Shown here: in pieces, positions 32,026 to 43,186 of the stretch
Layout: every line of letters starts with the position of its first letter
Numbering within the stretch: position 1 is the first letter of the stretch
Source: an uncultured Methanosarcinaceae archaeon
GTDB lineage: Archaea > Halobacteriota > Methanosarcinia > Methanosarcinales > Methanosarcinaceae
Assembly: GCA_963721455.1 (NCBI GenBank)
Contig: CAVRJG010000041.1
Coordinates: 1-64,000, forward strand
Direction: 5' to 3'
DNA length: 64,000 nucleotides
Position numbers and translations under genes: made by a program
Notes under the pieces: model-generated
The model's database searches: none
Told to the model about the DNA's origin: nothing
Seen by the model: the letters and a program-made list of their open reading frames with translations, nothing else

Positions 32026-32534
32026 ATGGCAAAAAGAAGATTGAAGTTTCCATCAGTTATGATGACATTCCTACGAAACTAGCTTGTAAATTTATTCGGA
32101 AAGATTCTGAATTCCTACAGGAACAAGTTATCAAACAAACAATTAATCTGTTATACACAAATGAGTTTAAAGGCCCTCTTGAAGAATTCCAAGAAGCTTT
32201 GGATCATTACATGTTGAAACAGTATGAAGATACAATTCATAAGTCAAATAAGGCATTTGAGAGCACAATGAAATCTGTTTTAACGAAACTAAACATTAGT
32301 TTCAGCCCAGATGATACTGCCGAAACGCTTTTAGAACGGCTAATAAAAAAAGAATTCATTTATAAATATACAAAGTCCTTATTTATGGGTCTACCTATGA
32401 TAAGGAACAAACAAGGTGGTCATGGACAAGGAATAGACCCTAAAGAAGTTAATCAAAGTTATGCAGAGTTGACATTAAACTTAGCTGGAACATTTATTGT
32501 GTTTCTGGTAACCAGATATCAAGAATTGAAATAA
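32026..32534 (+). pseudogene. Abortive-infection C-terminal (Abi_C/AbiJ-like) domain fragment
   Basis: I.KSNKAFESTMK..IRNKQGGHGQG..AELTLNLAGT, a HEPN-like RN-x4-H pattern; upstream frame disrupted. Confidence 0.6.
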
Positions 32535-32696
32535 TTAGTTTTAGTCAATATATGACTCTGTTTCAAAATCTAGTGATTAATCATTGAGCGTGAAGCTTTT
32601 ACAACTCCTGTTTTCAGGCAAGTCTAACTTTTTGGGAGCCAATTAGAGGTTTCAGTGAAATTTTAAGGACTTATGTAGCTTAATGTGCAAAATGAA

Positions 32697-32741
32697 GCCT
32701 TCACACGGCGGAGGTCCTGAGTTCGAATCTCAGCGGGCCCA
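32697..32741 (+). repeat. tRNA-Val 3' half copy 1 (att site), 45 bp identical
   Basis: GCCTTCACACGGCGGAGGTCCTGAGTTCGAATCTCAGCGGGCCCA equals 29329-29373. Confidence 0.97.
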
Positions 32742-32854
32742 CTCTTCATTTTTGTCTTTATTTTTGGTCTTAAGAGTATATAGAACACCTTTTCTGACTT
32801 TTTGAAAAAACAAATTAGACCAGATTATAGAATCCTATCAATCACAGCTAAAAC

Positions 32855-33205
32855 TTACTTTTTATAACCAAACTTTTTATCGTACTTTTTATGATCAATT
32901 ATGTCAAGAACTAATACAATTATTTCAATACCTGAACTTCCTGCTGTAAGCGTGTAAAGCATCCTCCAGAAATTAGGGAGTTCCACTCTAAACAGATTCG
33001 TTATTTCATATTTGGTTTTGTATTCGGCAGGAATCAGTTTTTTGGCAATTGGTTGCCCATAGTGGATATTCTCCTTTAGAAGTTCCACTTTCTGAAGGAA
33101 AGCATTAAGGATTATCTCTTCCTGCTTTGATTCTGGTGCCTTACTCAGGAGAGAATTATATGCATTTGCGGCCTCCGGGGTCAGGATCACTCGAACAGAT
33201 TTCAT
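32855..33205 (-). CDS. RelE/ParE-like type II toxin
   Basis: 116 aa, VILTPEA..NLFRVELPNFWRMLYT..IIDHKKYDK; ATGA overlap with the upstream gene. Confidence 0.6.
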   Translation of the reverse strand: MKSVRVILTPEAANAYNSLLSKAPESKQEEIILNAFLQKVELLKENIHYGQPIAKKLIPAEYKTKYEITNLFRVELPNFWRMLYTLTAGSSGIEIIVLVLDIIDHKKYDKKFGYKK

Positions 33206-33480
33206 AGTTCAAGTCCCTGAACCACTGCCTTTCTCAGGTTTTCATTCCTGCTGTGAATCCAGGTTACTCCCTTAAGCCCGACAGCAATTTTATTGCTCTG
33301 CTCCAGATAGTCCAGAATAACCATCAGAGTATTATGATTTACCTGTCTTGGCAACATTTTTTTGAGTTCAGCAACTGTTACAACGCTGTTAGGGCTGTTT
33401 TTCAGAGTGTCTTCGACCATAAGAATAGTATTAAGAGTTGGGGAAGGCTTTGCTTTATCAGAACTTAGTGCTTCTGCCAT
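33202..33480 (-). CDS. Small winged-helix-like protein, putative antitoxin
   Basis: 92 aa, PTLNTILMVE..ELKKMLP..ILDYLEQSNKI; translationally coupled to the toxin-like gene. Confidence 0.6.
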   Translation of the reverse strand: MAEALSSDKAKPSPTLNTILMVEDTLKNSPNSVVTVAELKKMLPRQVNHNTLMVILDYLEQSNKIAVGLKGVTWIHSRNENLRKAVVQGLEL

Positions 33481-33810
33481 TTATATTTCTCCAGTAGATT
33501 TGTAACAGTTTTAACGTTTCGCTTTTCAGAGATGATTGCGTAATAAAAAGTTATTGATTAATAACTAATTGATATTTACAGATACTTATGTTTTCCGGAG
33601 TAAGATTTTTTGGGTTATTTTAATTTTCACTTATCAGAATATAGAAAAAGTTAGAGTAAGAAAGAGACAACAAACGATTGTTAATATGGCACTTCAAATC
33701 AATTAATGAATTTTTGTTTAGTAACTAATTTTGAAACTTGTCTTTTAACCTTGATAATAAAAAGGCGGTGAAAACAAAAAATATAAGGGAGTAATACTAT
33801 AGAAAGATTT

Positions 33811-36101
33811 ATGATAAGTATTAAACCTAGTAATTTTTTTATTTCTCTACTTTTATTTATATTGTTTTCTTCAGCAAATTGTTCAGGTGCAATTATCAAT
33901 GTAGGCCCAGGAACTTCCTTTCACCCTACAGGCTCAAACGACGAAACTGTTATTAACGCTGCCATACAATCAGCGAATTCAGGTGACACTGTACAGCTTG
34001 CATCAACCACATTTCACATAAGTTCACCCATAATCATGAAATCAGGGGTAACTCTTAACGGAAATGGGATTGGTGCGACAGTAATCTATTGTGACAATCC
34101 TGGCTCTAATTTTGCAACTAAAAATATTATTAACTGTGAAGGTATTTCTGATATTGAAATTTCAAATTTCTTAATTGATGGTGGTTGGGAATCATTAAGC
34201 GTAATGCATGCAGCAAGCAACAAGTATAGGGAGTATGAAAAAGGAGTTTATTTGGCTGGATGTTCAAATGTAGTTATTCACGACTTAAAAATGCAATACA
34301 GTATGGGTGACTTTATTATCTGTAAAAAAAATACCAGCAATGTTCAAGTTTATAATACAGTGTGTAAACCTGGTCATGACAGTTTTGATGCATGGTCAGC
34401 CGGTAATGGAATTTCAATATTTAATAATTGCTGGGGCACTTTTATAAATTCTTGCATTAAAATTCATAATACGAAAAACGTTCAAATTTACAAGAATACT
34501 TTCTATACCGACACTGGTTCTGGCAATGCTGGTGTAGAAGTAATGGGAGGTAATGTAACAGGCCTTAATATTTGTAATAATATATTTTCAACACTTCAAT
34601 TAAATACAATTTATCAAGACCTCAGCTGATGGTGCTTGTTCAGGCAGAGGTACTGTTTCAAATAATATATTCTATAACAGTCCTGCATATAATGGAATTA
34701 GTGGTATGAATATTAAATCAACTGGCAATATAGTAACCAGCTCCTATTCATGCTCCAGGGGTACAAAAGATTATGGATATGTTGCAGACAATGGTACAAG
34801 AAATTTGCCTGTTTACAATGGTTCCGTGGTACCTTCTGTTACTTTTCCAACTAATTGCAGTACAATTTCAACTGTTAACGGATATGTAAGTATAAGCTGG
34901 ACATATTTAAATGCAACCAGTTATTCTATCAATGTATATAATAGTACATCAAAATTCGATTCTTCTCACTTAATATATAGTCTTAACACTTCACAAACAT
35001 CTGCAAATGTACCAATTAAGCTACAATGGATCGTTTGCTATAAGAATCGGTGCACATGATGACGTTCATAATTTGTGGGTATACAACAGTCCTGTAAGTT
35101 TGTTCACAGTAAGTGGCAAAAAATCGGCTACAGTTTATTCCGGTATATTTGGATATTTAACAGATGCAACTACAGGTCAACCTATTCAGAGTGCTGTAAT
35201 AACATTATCAAATAATACGTGGAATTGTACTCAAATTACTGATGTTGATGGGCTTTACCAATTCACTTTGAACAGTGGAAAAGGCACGTATTGTTTAACT
35301 GCTTCAGCAACAGGCTATCTTAACAGTCCTGAATTACCAGTAAATATGACAGGTATAAATACAGAAATGAATTTGAAAAGGACTGAAGCACCTGATTATT
35401 GTGCACCACACTATGTACAATTATATGTTTCTACTGATTCAAATGAGAGGATTCCTGGGTGTGAGGTTCAGATTTATGCACCAAATAATGACCCACGTAA
35501 TGAAAAACCGAATTTTTGTGCCTGGACAAATAAAGACGGTAGAGCAAGTTTCCATTTGACTCAAGATGTCACATATAAAATTGTAACAATTACTCTAGAT
35601 GGACAAAAGTACACCAGCACATTGACACCTGATCTGGATCAATATACCATTACAATACCTTCAGGTGCCACATCTGAAATACCTGCAATGAAGACTGTGA
35701 TCAGTGTAAATTGCACATATAAACAGATAAACAATACAGCAGCTTATATTAATGCAAGCTATTGTGATTCTTCATCACAGTCCAGCAACCTGACTTTTGT
35801 ACTGGGTACTATGAGTGATGGAAAAACATTTGTACCTTGTGGAATCTCAGGTACTAATGACAACGTAAGTAACCCTATAGGAGTGGTAACTGATTCTTTT
35901 ATAGTCACTAACTACCCTGGAAAAACATACACTGTGAGAATTACTGCGCAGTCTCAAACTTATGGTACTGTATGTGATACTGTTAATGTATCATTTCCAG
36001 GTAGTAATGTACTATATGCAGGGTCTAATATGAATTATTTCTGTGTTTTAATCTTAATTATTGCAGGACTGATATTGTCAAAAACTCGTAAGGCACATTA
36101 A
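33811..36101 (+). pseudogene. Secreted beta-helix / carboxypeptidase-regulatory-like surface protein, split by two frameshifts
   Basis: Three consecutive ORFs 33811-34629, 34706-35059 and 35007-36101: signal peptide, pectin-lyase-like repeats, GYLTDATTGQPI..TDVDGLYQF, C-terminal TM anchor. Confidence 0.75.
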
Positions 36102-36231
36102 TCATCTGTGCCTTATTATGAATTTTTCATTTTATGGAACAGTGTTCTGGTGATTTGATTCCTCATTTAATGAGATAGAAAGGTCTACAGCATTTGGCTC
36201 GTCGATAACGGTGCAGATGTCGCATGTTCCA

Positions 36232-36276
36232 GCCTTCACAAGGCGGAGGTCCTGAGTTTGAATCTCAGCAGGCCCA
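36232..36276 (+). repeat. tRNA-Val 3' half copy 2 (att site), 3 mismatches
   Basis: GCCTTCACAAGGCGGAGGTCCTGAGTTTGAATCTCAGCAGGCCCA. Confidence 0.95.
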
Positions 36277-36454
36277 TTTTTTATTATCCTTATTTTCCGA
36301 TTCTAAGTGCGTAAAGAGCTTTTTTCCAGATGTTCAACTCTTGATTCGAGGTCAGCTTTTTCTTTTGTTGATCTTTATACTCGCTTCGAATTGTGAGCAC
36401 TTTTGAAGTCTCCTGTGTTGCAATGTCAAGTTTTTCTTGGAGATTCCTGCCAGC

Positions 36455-36610
36455 TCATCTCTGTATTAATCCCGAGAAGCATAACATTTCAGTTAATATC
36501 TCATCAGGCTGAACTTCTCGTGGATCATTAAGATATAGCTCATGTACAGGACCAGCAATTCTTTTTCCACATCGTTTTGCGTTTTTCTGTATCTTATTTG
36601 CGAATTCCAA
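36455..36610 (-). pseudogene. GyrI-like effector-binding domain C-terminal fragment
   Basis: IAGPVHELYLNDPREVQPDEILTE motif only. Confidence 0.6.
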
Positions 36611-36749
36611 AATAACTGAATTCATCGAGCATGAAAGTTTTGCCGTTAAATTTTCTGTAAGTTTTACGTATAATACCGCCATGAGAAACTTTTGAAGCTA
36701 AATGAAAGCTGTTAAAATCACATTATTTTGCACTCTTGCTAATATATCC

Positions 36750-37154
36750 TTAAATTGCCTTAACCCACGTCCTCCCATCCCATTTTTTCCAGTGCATTAT
36801 TATCATAGCACGGTTTAACAGAAGTTCTTCTCCCGAGTCAATGAAATCGTTTCCATTCTTGAGCCCATGTTCGAAAGTATATCTAAGGCGTCCGGAATAC
36901 CATTCTAAAAACTGTAAGAATGCTTCGAATTCCGATATCTTCAGATTCTGCATAAAGAATTCAATGCATATTTTTTGTAGCTGGTCCTGTCTCGGTAGCC
37001 AGAAATAATTAATTGAGTTATTTCCGGGATAGAGTAAAACCTCAACTTCTTCAGAAACAGGATTATAAACAAAATCTCCTGGTTGGAAAACCCATTTTCT
37101 TTGAATTTCCTTCGCTGATTCGCACATTTTGATATATTTTTCTGATGTATCCAC
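36750..37154 (-). CDS. Hypothetical protein
   Basis: 134-aa ORF with GTG start and GAGGA SD; WLPRQDQLQ motif, WDGRTW end. Confidence 0.7.
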   Translation of the reverse strand: MDTSEKYIKMCESAKEIQRKWVFQPGDFVYNPVSEEVEVLLYPGNNSINYFWLPRQDQLQKICIEFFMQNLKISEFEAFLQFLEWYSGRLRYTFEHGLKNGNDFIDSGEELLLNRAMIIMHWKKWDGRTWVKAI

Positions 37155-37293
37155 TTAACCATCCTCAGAAACCATCACTCACACAACAGTTAAAAGGCAT
37201 ATCCGAGCTAACTGAAAGTATTCGATCTCAAATGGTTCTTTAATAAGTCTCGCTAAAAGAAGAACAAGCTCTATTTTCTATTCCTGCCTTCAA

Positions 37294-37530
37294 TCATCCT
37301 TGATTCTTATTTTTAAGTTTCTCAAGCAGGCTCGATGCTCTTTCCTTAGCATCCTCAGTCTCCTGCGCATCTATGTCAATGGTAATATCCAGAATGTCCC
37401 CTTCTTTACTTTCAGAGGGCAGTAAAAAAAGAGGGATATTGATTTTAATTGTTTCTTTATCCCTCACAAGCAAGACCGCAACGCCTTCTTCGATCCTGTC
37501 TAATGTAACTTTAAAACTCTCCATAATCAT
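37294..37530 (-). CDS. DUF3006 family protein
   Basis: LDRIEEGVAVL..LP..KEGDIL..ETEDAKER; overlaps the stop of the MBL gene. Confidence 0.85.
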   Translation of the reverse strand: MIMESFKVTLDRIEEGVAVLLVRDKETIKINIPLFLLPSESKEGDILDITIDIDAQETEDAKERASSLLEKLKNKNQG

Positions 37531-38813
37531 CTATCCAGTTTTGAGACCAGCTTTCCACTATCATCGTAGAGAGATGCTGTGTCACCACCGTTGTTCCATA
37601 TAGGATTGTCTAATTGCCAGTAAAGCTCAGTAGCTGAGTTTGTGCCCTTTCCAGTAAATACAGTTACGGTGGTTCCTGCATTCAGGGTGTAAGACAGAAA
37701 CGTATAGGTATGTTTATTGCCTTCATCTTCAATTTTCCAGCCGTTCAAGGAAACTGGAGAAGACCCCGTGTTTGATATCTGAACCCATTCATCTTGAAGA
37801 TTCAGGTCGCTCACATAAACAGTCGATTCCGCAGAACCTGGAGTTTTCGACTCTTTAGTTGTTGAATCTGTAGAAGTGTAAGCTCCGCTTCTACTGGAGA
37901 TAGTCCCGGTTTTTTCAGTTGTTACAGTATAAGTTGATCCGTCTGTTGTAACTATGATTGTGCCACCCAGATCCGTTCTATATACTGTTGAAGCCTTCTG
38001 CAGTCTATCAAGGATCTCATCATGAGGATGCCCATAGTCATTTCCTGCTCCAACTTCGATTATACTTACTTCAGGACTTACAGCTGAAATAAAGGCTTCT
38101 CCGCTGCCGGATGTGCTTGCATGATGTCCGACCTTAAGGATATCAGAATCTACATCGTACCCAGCTTCCATTATGTTTTCCTCTGATTCCAGACCTGCAT
38201 CTCCCATGAGCAAAAACGAAGTGTCGCCATACGTTACTTTGAGAACCACGGAGTTTTCATTCAGCTCGTCGGAGTATGCGCTTGCAGGATTCAGCACTTC
38301 GATATCAACAGCAGGGTCAAAATCAATTGTCTGACCAGCCCTAACTACCTCAAAAGGAATATTCTTTGTATCAATAGTGGTCAGCATATTCTCGTAAGTT
38401 TTAGAAGTATGAGGGTATCCACTGTCAACAAAATGTTCTACCTGGAAGTTGTTAAGAATATCGTTCATCCCGCCGATATGATCAGAATGCGGATGAGTTG
38501 CAACTACATAATCCAGTGTTGAAATTCCCTGGTCCTGCAAGTAAGCTGTGACAACTTTTCCCTGGTCACTTTCTCCTGAGTCAACTAACATGGATTTTCC
38601 ATCAATCTCCAGGAGGATTGAGTCTCCTTGACCAACATCCAGGAAATGCACTGTAAGGTTCTGGCCTGATTGAGTGACGGTATTTTGAGTAGTTGTAGGA
38701 CTCGTTTGTTCCGAAGCTGTTTCAAAAGGAGTTTCTTTTGGATCTGTACATCCGGCTGCAATGAGTACCAGGGTCAGGCAGAAGATTGTGGCAGTCAGTT
38801 GTGAGGGTTTCAT
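37527..38813 (-). CDS. ComEC-type metallo-beta-lactamase lipoprotein with C-terminal lamin-tail domain
   Basis: Lipobox IAAGC; FLDVGQGDS, THPHSDHIGG, NENSVV, GDA, KVGHH, YGHPH; EWVQI.N..LNGWKI..IWNNGGD. Confidence 0.9.
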   Translation of the reverse strand: MKPSQLTATIFCLTLVLIAAGCTDPKETPFETASEQTSPTTTQNTVTQSGQNLTVHFLDVGQGDSILLEIDGKSMLVDSGESDQGKVVTAYLQDQGISTLDYVVATHPHSDHIGGMNDILNNFQVEHFVDSGYPHTSKTYENMLTTIDTKNIPFEVVRAGQTIDFDPAVDIEVLNPASAYSDELNENSVVLKVTYGDTSFLLMGDAGLESEENIMEAGYDVDSDILKVGHHASTSGSGEAFISAVSPEVSIIEVGAGNDYGHPHDEILDRLQKASTVYRTDLGGTIIVTTDGSTYTVTTEKTGTISSRSGAYTSTDSTTKESKTPGSAESTVYVSDLNLQDEWVQISNTGSSPVSLNGWKIEDEGNKHTYTFLSYTLNAGTTVTVFTGKGTNSATELYWQLDNPIWNNGGDTASLYDDSGKLVSKLDR

Positions 38814-39292
38814 TAATATATTAATGCGTCAGAGGTATTAGAAACTTGCATTGAGCTCTCTTAAAACTTATTTTGTTCTTAAAAGCTACAAAGATGAAAA
38901 TTAAAACCAAAAAGGAGTGCTTTAGACTTATATTTTTAGAATTCTATTCGATCTCAAATCCTTCTATACTAATGCAAGTGGTCTACCTTTTCTTCTCTTG
39001 CATTCTATAACTACAGAGATCTTATGGATGTAAAAAAGTTACAAACTATATTGTATGGATATTGGGAAATTCATTAACTCGTGGTAGCGGATAGCGAGAT
39101 TAGCCTTTAAGTCTCAAAACTATTGATTTTCTAACCTCCTATTTACAATGACAGCCAACAAATATTGAACGTTTAATTGGTCTCCCCCACCCACACGGCT
39201 TATTACGGATTATCTTCTCATTACTCGCCGACGCAGATTCGGCATAATAGTCTTCCTTTCTTCATCAGGATCTAAATATACTTTGCACAGTT

Positions 39293-39323
39293 GAGGTCCT
39301 GAGTTCGAATCTCAGCGGGCCCA
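39293..39323 (+). repeat. tRNA-Val 3' copy 3 (att site), 31 bp identical
   Basis: GAGGTCCTGAGTTCGAATCTCAGCGGGCCCA, followed by CCTACTTCTCTTTTTTGTC resembling the flank of the intact tRNA. Confidence 0.95.
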
Positions 39324-39803
39324 CCTACTTCTCTTTTTTGTCATTATTTCCTGATTCTAAGAAAACATATACCTCTTTTTCTAATGCTTTAATCAGTGCT
39401 TCAAGGTTAGATTTTTTTCTTCTGGTTGTGCAACTTTGTTCGCCATTAAACTCTTCATCAAGGGAAAGCGCATAAATAGGCTTTGTACTCTATATAGTTA
39501 TTGTTATATCTATATAGTTATATTGAAAAATGTGGGCTTAATGCCTCTATTGACAGATTGTAAGCTTTATAGATATTATTTAGGTAAACGGGACTTTAAA
39601 AGTCCTCTTAATCAGATAGCTCTTTTTGATGTGTAAGTGAATAAATAAACGCCTGTTTTATCCCGAAATAATTTCTCTCTTTGAAATTCTTATCTTACAA
39701 TTATACTCAGGTACAGACGATGAACACAAGCCCCTGATATACTATTGAAAATTTATTTATGTGTTGGAGTTTATATTATAGGATTAAAGGATTATAGGAG
39801 ATA

Positions 39804-39995
39804 ATGCGAATGGATGCAGCAACACAACATAAAATAGATGATAAACTGAAAGCCATACAGGCGAATGAGAAGAAGATAAGGGACGAGACTAAGAAAAAGG
39901 GCGAAGCTGAGAAAAAGATAAAAGAGTACAATGCAGCTAATGGTGTGCTTAGAAAAGAAATCAGTAAGTTAAAGGAAGAATCGAGCAAGAAGTGA
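39804..39995 (+). CDS. Small Lys/Glu-rich coiled-coil protein
   Basis: 63 aa; GGAG SD; shares an upstream element with the ORF at 40414. Confidence 0.6.
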   Translation: MRMDAATQHKIDDKLKAIQANEKKIRDETKKKGEAEKKIKEYNAANGVLRKEISKLKEESSKK

Positions 39996-40413
39996 TAAAC
40001 AGGCTAAGCTTCAGTTAAGTAACTCCCCAAACCGCAAACTGGCAGGCAGGCATCATAAGTAATTAATCAAACATAATAACGTATTTACATATGTAAGTCG
40101 TATCATTATTCATGAAACTTGTCGATTTTTCTAATAAGTATAATAATTTTAAAACCCGGCTTGATGTTAATGTAACTTCGCTCAGTAACCATTTCAGTGA
40201 CTCCCATAATGTCGAAACACTTGGTGTTACGCTAGCTACTGTGGGTATATTATGTTATTACATTCTTCAAAAAATTCAGGAACGAAATAAAGGCTAGAAA
40301 TAAAAGCTAAACCACAATCAACCCCAAGCCAGCCCTCTCTCCACAATTGAAAATTTATTTATGTGTTGGGGTTTATGCATTATACTAAGTAAAAAGTAAT
40401 AAGAGGTGAAATA

Positions 40414-40656
40414 GTGCAAGCAGTTGCAGAAAAGCAGATAGAAGTCAAGAAAAAAGAATTAGAAGCTGTGAGGAAAGAGTTTGCTAAAAAAGAGGATGAA
40501 TTAAAACGACTAGAGGCAGAGAAGAAAATTGCAGATCATAGGCAAAAAGCGGAACTTAATAAACAGGTACAAGCAATTACAAATGAGTTGAAGAATATGA
40601 GTGAAGCCCTCAAAAAGATGGATAAATCCGTCAAAAAAAGGGAGAGTAAGAAATAG
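40414..40656 (+). CDS. Small Lys/Glu-rich coiled-coil protein
   Basis: 80 aa; GAGGTG SD with GTG start. Confidence 0.65.
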   Translation: MQAVAEKQIEVKKKELEAVRKEFAKKEDELKRLEAEKKIADHRQKAELNKQVQAITNELKNMSEALKKMDKSVKKRESKK

Positions 40657-40920
40657 GGGCTATCTTTTATTAGCGTGCCTATCCCAAAAGACGGTGAACG
40701 TCTTTGCACGTACAACCTGTCATAACGACATACAAAATACCGTTCATTAACTTTCTCATATCTGCACGTGGCCTTCCTGTGTGTGGTTTTTGTGGAGGAA
40801 GATAAGGTTCTATGGATTTCCATAGAACCTCATAGATTTCACGGAATGACATAAAAGTAAATTTATAATTCCAACATAATCTTAGTTTCGGGATAAGCTC
40901 AATTTTAGAAATTCATTATT

Positions 40921-41376
40921 TCATCGTTGTACATTAATATGCATTACTGCTTTGCTCACTTGACCCTCAGCGTTTTTTATTCTTAAATAAACTTTATACC
41001 TTCCTGGTTCTTTGAATGGATGTACAGGGTTCTTCAAAATTGATGTAGTTTTATCTCCAAAGCCCCAGAAGTATGTAAGTCGCCCATATTTCTTACCCCA
41101 TATGTATGGAACTGGTTTCCCGATACTCGTATCTGTGAATCTTATTGTCAATGGTCTATTTGGGTCATGAGTTGCAGTAAAAGCAGCAATAAGATTTGGG
41201 GCAACGACTTCAGGGTTAGATTTAATCGTTGTTGTATCATACATTGTTGTATCATACATTGTTGTATCCGTATTTGTATCGTCATTCGCAAGTGCTGCAA
41301 TTGCAGTCACAGATAATAAAATAATACTGATTAAAACTATACCTATTGTTTGCTTTAGTTTCATATGATTCCCCAC
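40921..41376 (-). CDS. Secreted PKD-domain protein
   Basis: Signal peptide, DTTMY repeats, FTDTS.G..WGFGD..KNPVH.F..PG.YKVYL. Confidence 0.8.
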   Translation of the reverse strand: MGNHMKLKQTIGIVLISIILLSVTAIAALANDDTNTDTTMYDTTMYDTTTIKSNPEVVAPNLIAAFTATHDPNRPLTIRFTDTSIGKPVPYIWGKKYGRLTYFWGFGDKTTSILKNPVHPFKEPGRYKVYLRIKNAEGQVSKAVMHINVQR

Positions 41377-42023
41377 CTTAAATTTTCTTTATAATCAGTA
41401 CTTACTGTTCCTTTTTTACGGTCTTGCCATTTGTCAATTTTAATTTAAACAATTCTATTTTATATAAGTTATCAGCCGGATAAGAATTGTTGCACAAGTG
41501 AAGATTACAAAATACAGTAGAATAAGAGTATTTTTGCACAATCAGCAGAAAAGGTATATAAGCTGTTAGACATGTGGAGTTAGTTCTGAGGTAACATTCA
41601 ATTCTGTGAATTCATGGATGAAAGGATATATAACTGCTCTCCAAGAAATTGAAAGTAAATATACTCTATACATTCTTAAAGAATAAACTGTGCAGATGAT
41701 TGAGACTCTCATCTGGACAGCAATATTGATATTCTCCGCATGTAAACAGATAAAGGTTTGTTATAAATGGTTGAATACGAAATAAAGGAATTTAATCAAA
41801 ATGAGTAATGGGGAAGGGACTGATCATATACTCCTTTCCCTTCATTTTGACAAAACACATACTAAATTATAATAAAATTAAACAATAAATATAGAGTTGG
41901 TACCAAAACTCATTTTCAATCCTGGTCAATGGGATTTTTAGGATTCCTTTCACGATCTGAAGCTCGATTGGTCACTTGAAATGCGGGAACCGGAGAAGTA
42001 AATTTTGAGTTTTGGGATGAGCT

Positions 42024-43186
42024 GATGGTCCATCTTTATCCGATTGATGTTTTAAAACACCTGAATGTCAGCAGTTCCTTTAAAGTCCATTTTGACTTCG
42101 CAATTCCTGCCTCTCTCGCAGGTGTATTTTTGCATTCAACCCCTCTTTCATCTTTGTACTTTAATCCTCCATGACCTCTACAGAAGTTAAAATGCGTGCA
42201 ATAGAGCTTCATTTGGCTTTCTAACCACTCTTTCGCTTTTGAAAACCCTATTGTTTTTCTTGAAACTCTGTTGTTATCCTGCCTAAAAGTCAGGTTTTGT
42301 CTTTCAAGTAAAGTTGTTGAGATTTCGCTTTGTTCAATGTCTTCTCCAAAGATGATTTTCTTCTCTACTTTCTCAAGTACTCCATTTACTCTAGTTTTGA
42401 CTACCTGTGCATACTTCAAATCATCAGAGGGAACGATTTTTGGTTTCCTTGGTCTTCCTCTTTTCCCAGTTCTTGGAAACTCTCTCAAAACTCCAAATTG
42501 TTTTAATAGAGCTTCCCTATAGAATTTCAGTCCATCTGTGACAAAAAGAGGGATTTTATCTGAAAGATGTTTATCGATTAATTCAACCAGCTTGTCTGCA
42601 ACATACTGTTTTCTTGGACCTATTATAAAATCAAGTATTAGCCTACAACCTGGTACAAAAGCTACCCACATCCAGGGCCCATCGTCTTCATAATCTTTCA
42701 TTCTTGGAACTATTTTTTTTGGATTATAATCCATAATTCGTCCATTTCTACCTTTGACACATCCACGTTCTTCATCAGAGTATCATTTACTTTATCGCAT
42801 TGTTCAGCTGCACGAGCTAACCATCGTTTTACACTGGCAGATTCTACCTCTAAAACATCGGCAATGGCTTCGATGCTCATTCCTTTCATAGACATCTTTA
42901 AAGCTAAATCGATAGTTTGCTCATCTTTGCGAAGATCATGATAAAAAGTGCCTGTATGGTCATTGAATACTTTGCCGCAGTGGCGGCAAAGATATCTTCT
43001 TGTTTTTTCTCCACGGCTTATGTAAGTTCCATTTCCAATAACATTGCCTTGATTAGTAAGCCCATAGAGCTTACAGTCTTTATTCGGACAGGCAACGTTA
43101 ATGAATTGTGGTTTTGGACCTCTTTTCCCCATAATATAAACATAGGATTCTCATATATAATATCAATCAGATACAAATTGACTATC
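42024..43186 (-). mobile_element. Complete IS1-family element (1163 bp) with 8-bp target duplication GATGAGCT
   Basis: Imperfect 28-bp TIRs GATGGTCCATCTTTATCCGATTGATGTT / GATAGTCAATTTGTATCTGATTGATATT; TSD at 42016-42023 and 43187-43194. Confidence 0.9.
42036..43132 (-). CDS. IS1 transposase, two overlapping ORFs joined by a frameshift at an A8 run (~42713-42720)
   Basis: OrfA has Zn finger CPN..C..CRHC, HTH and EMDELW; OrfB has VTDGL..LERQNLTFRQ; CAAAAAAAATAG slippery site. Confidence 0.85.

Noticed and set aside
36224-36406. ORFs spanning att copies (36224-36406, 48027-48338)
   Set aside because: They translate tRNA-derived sequence and are probably spurious.
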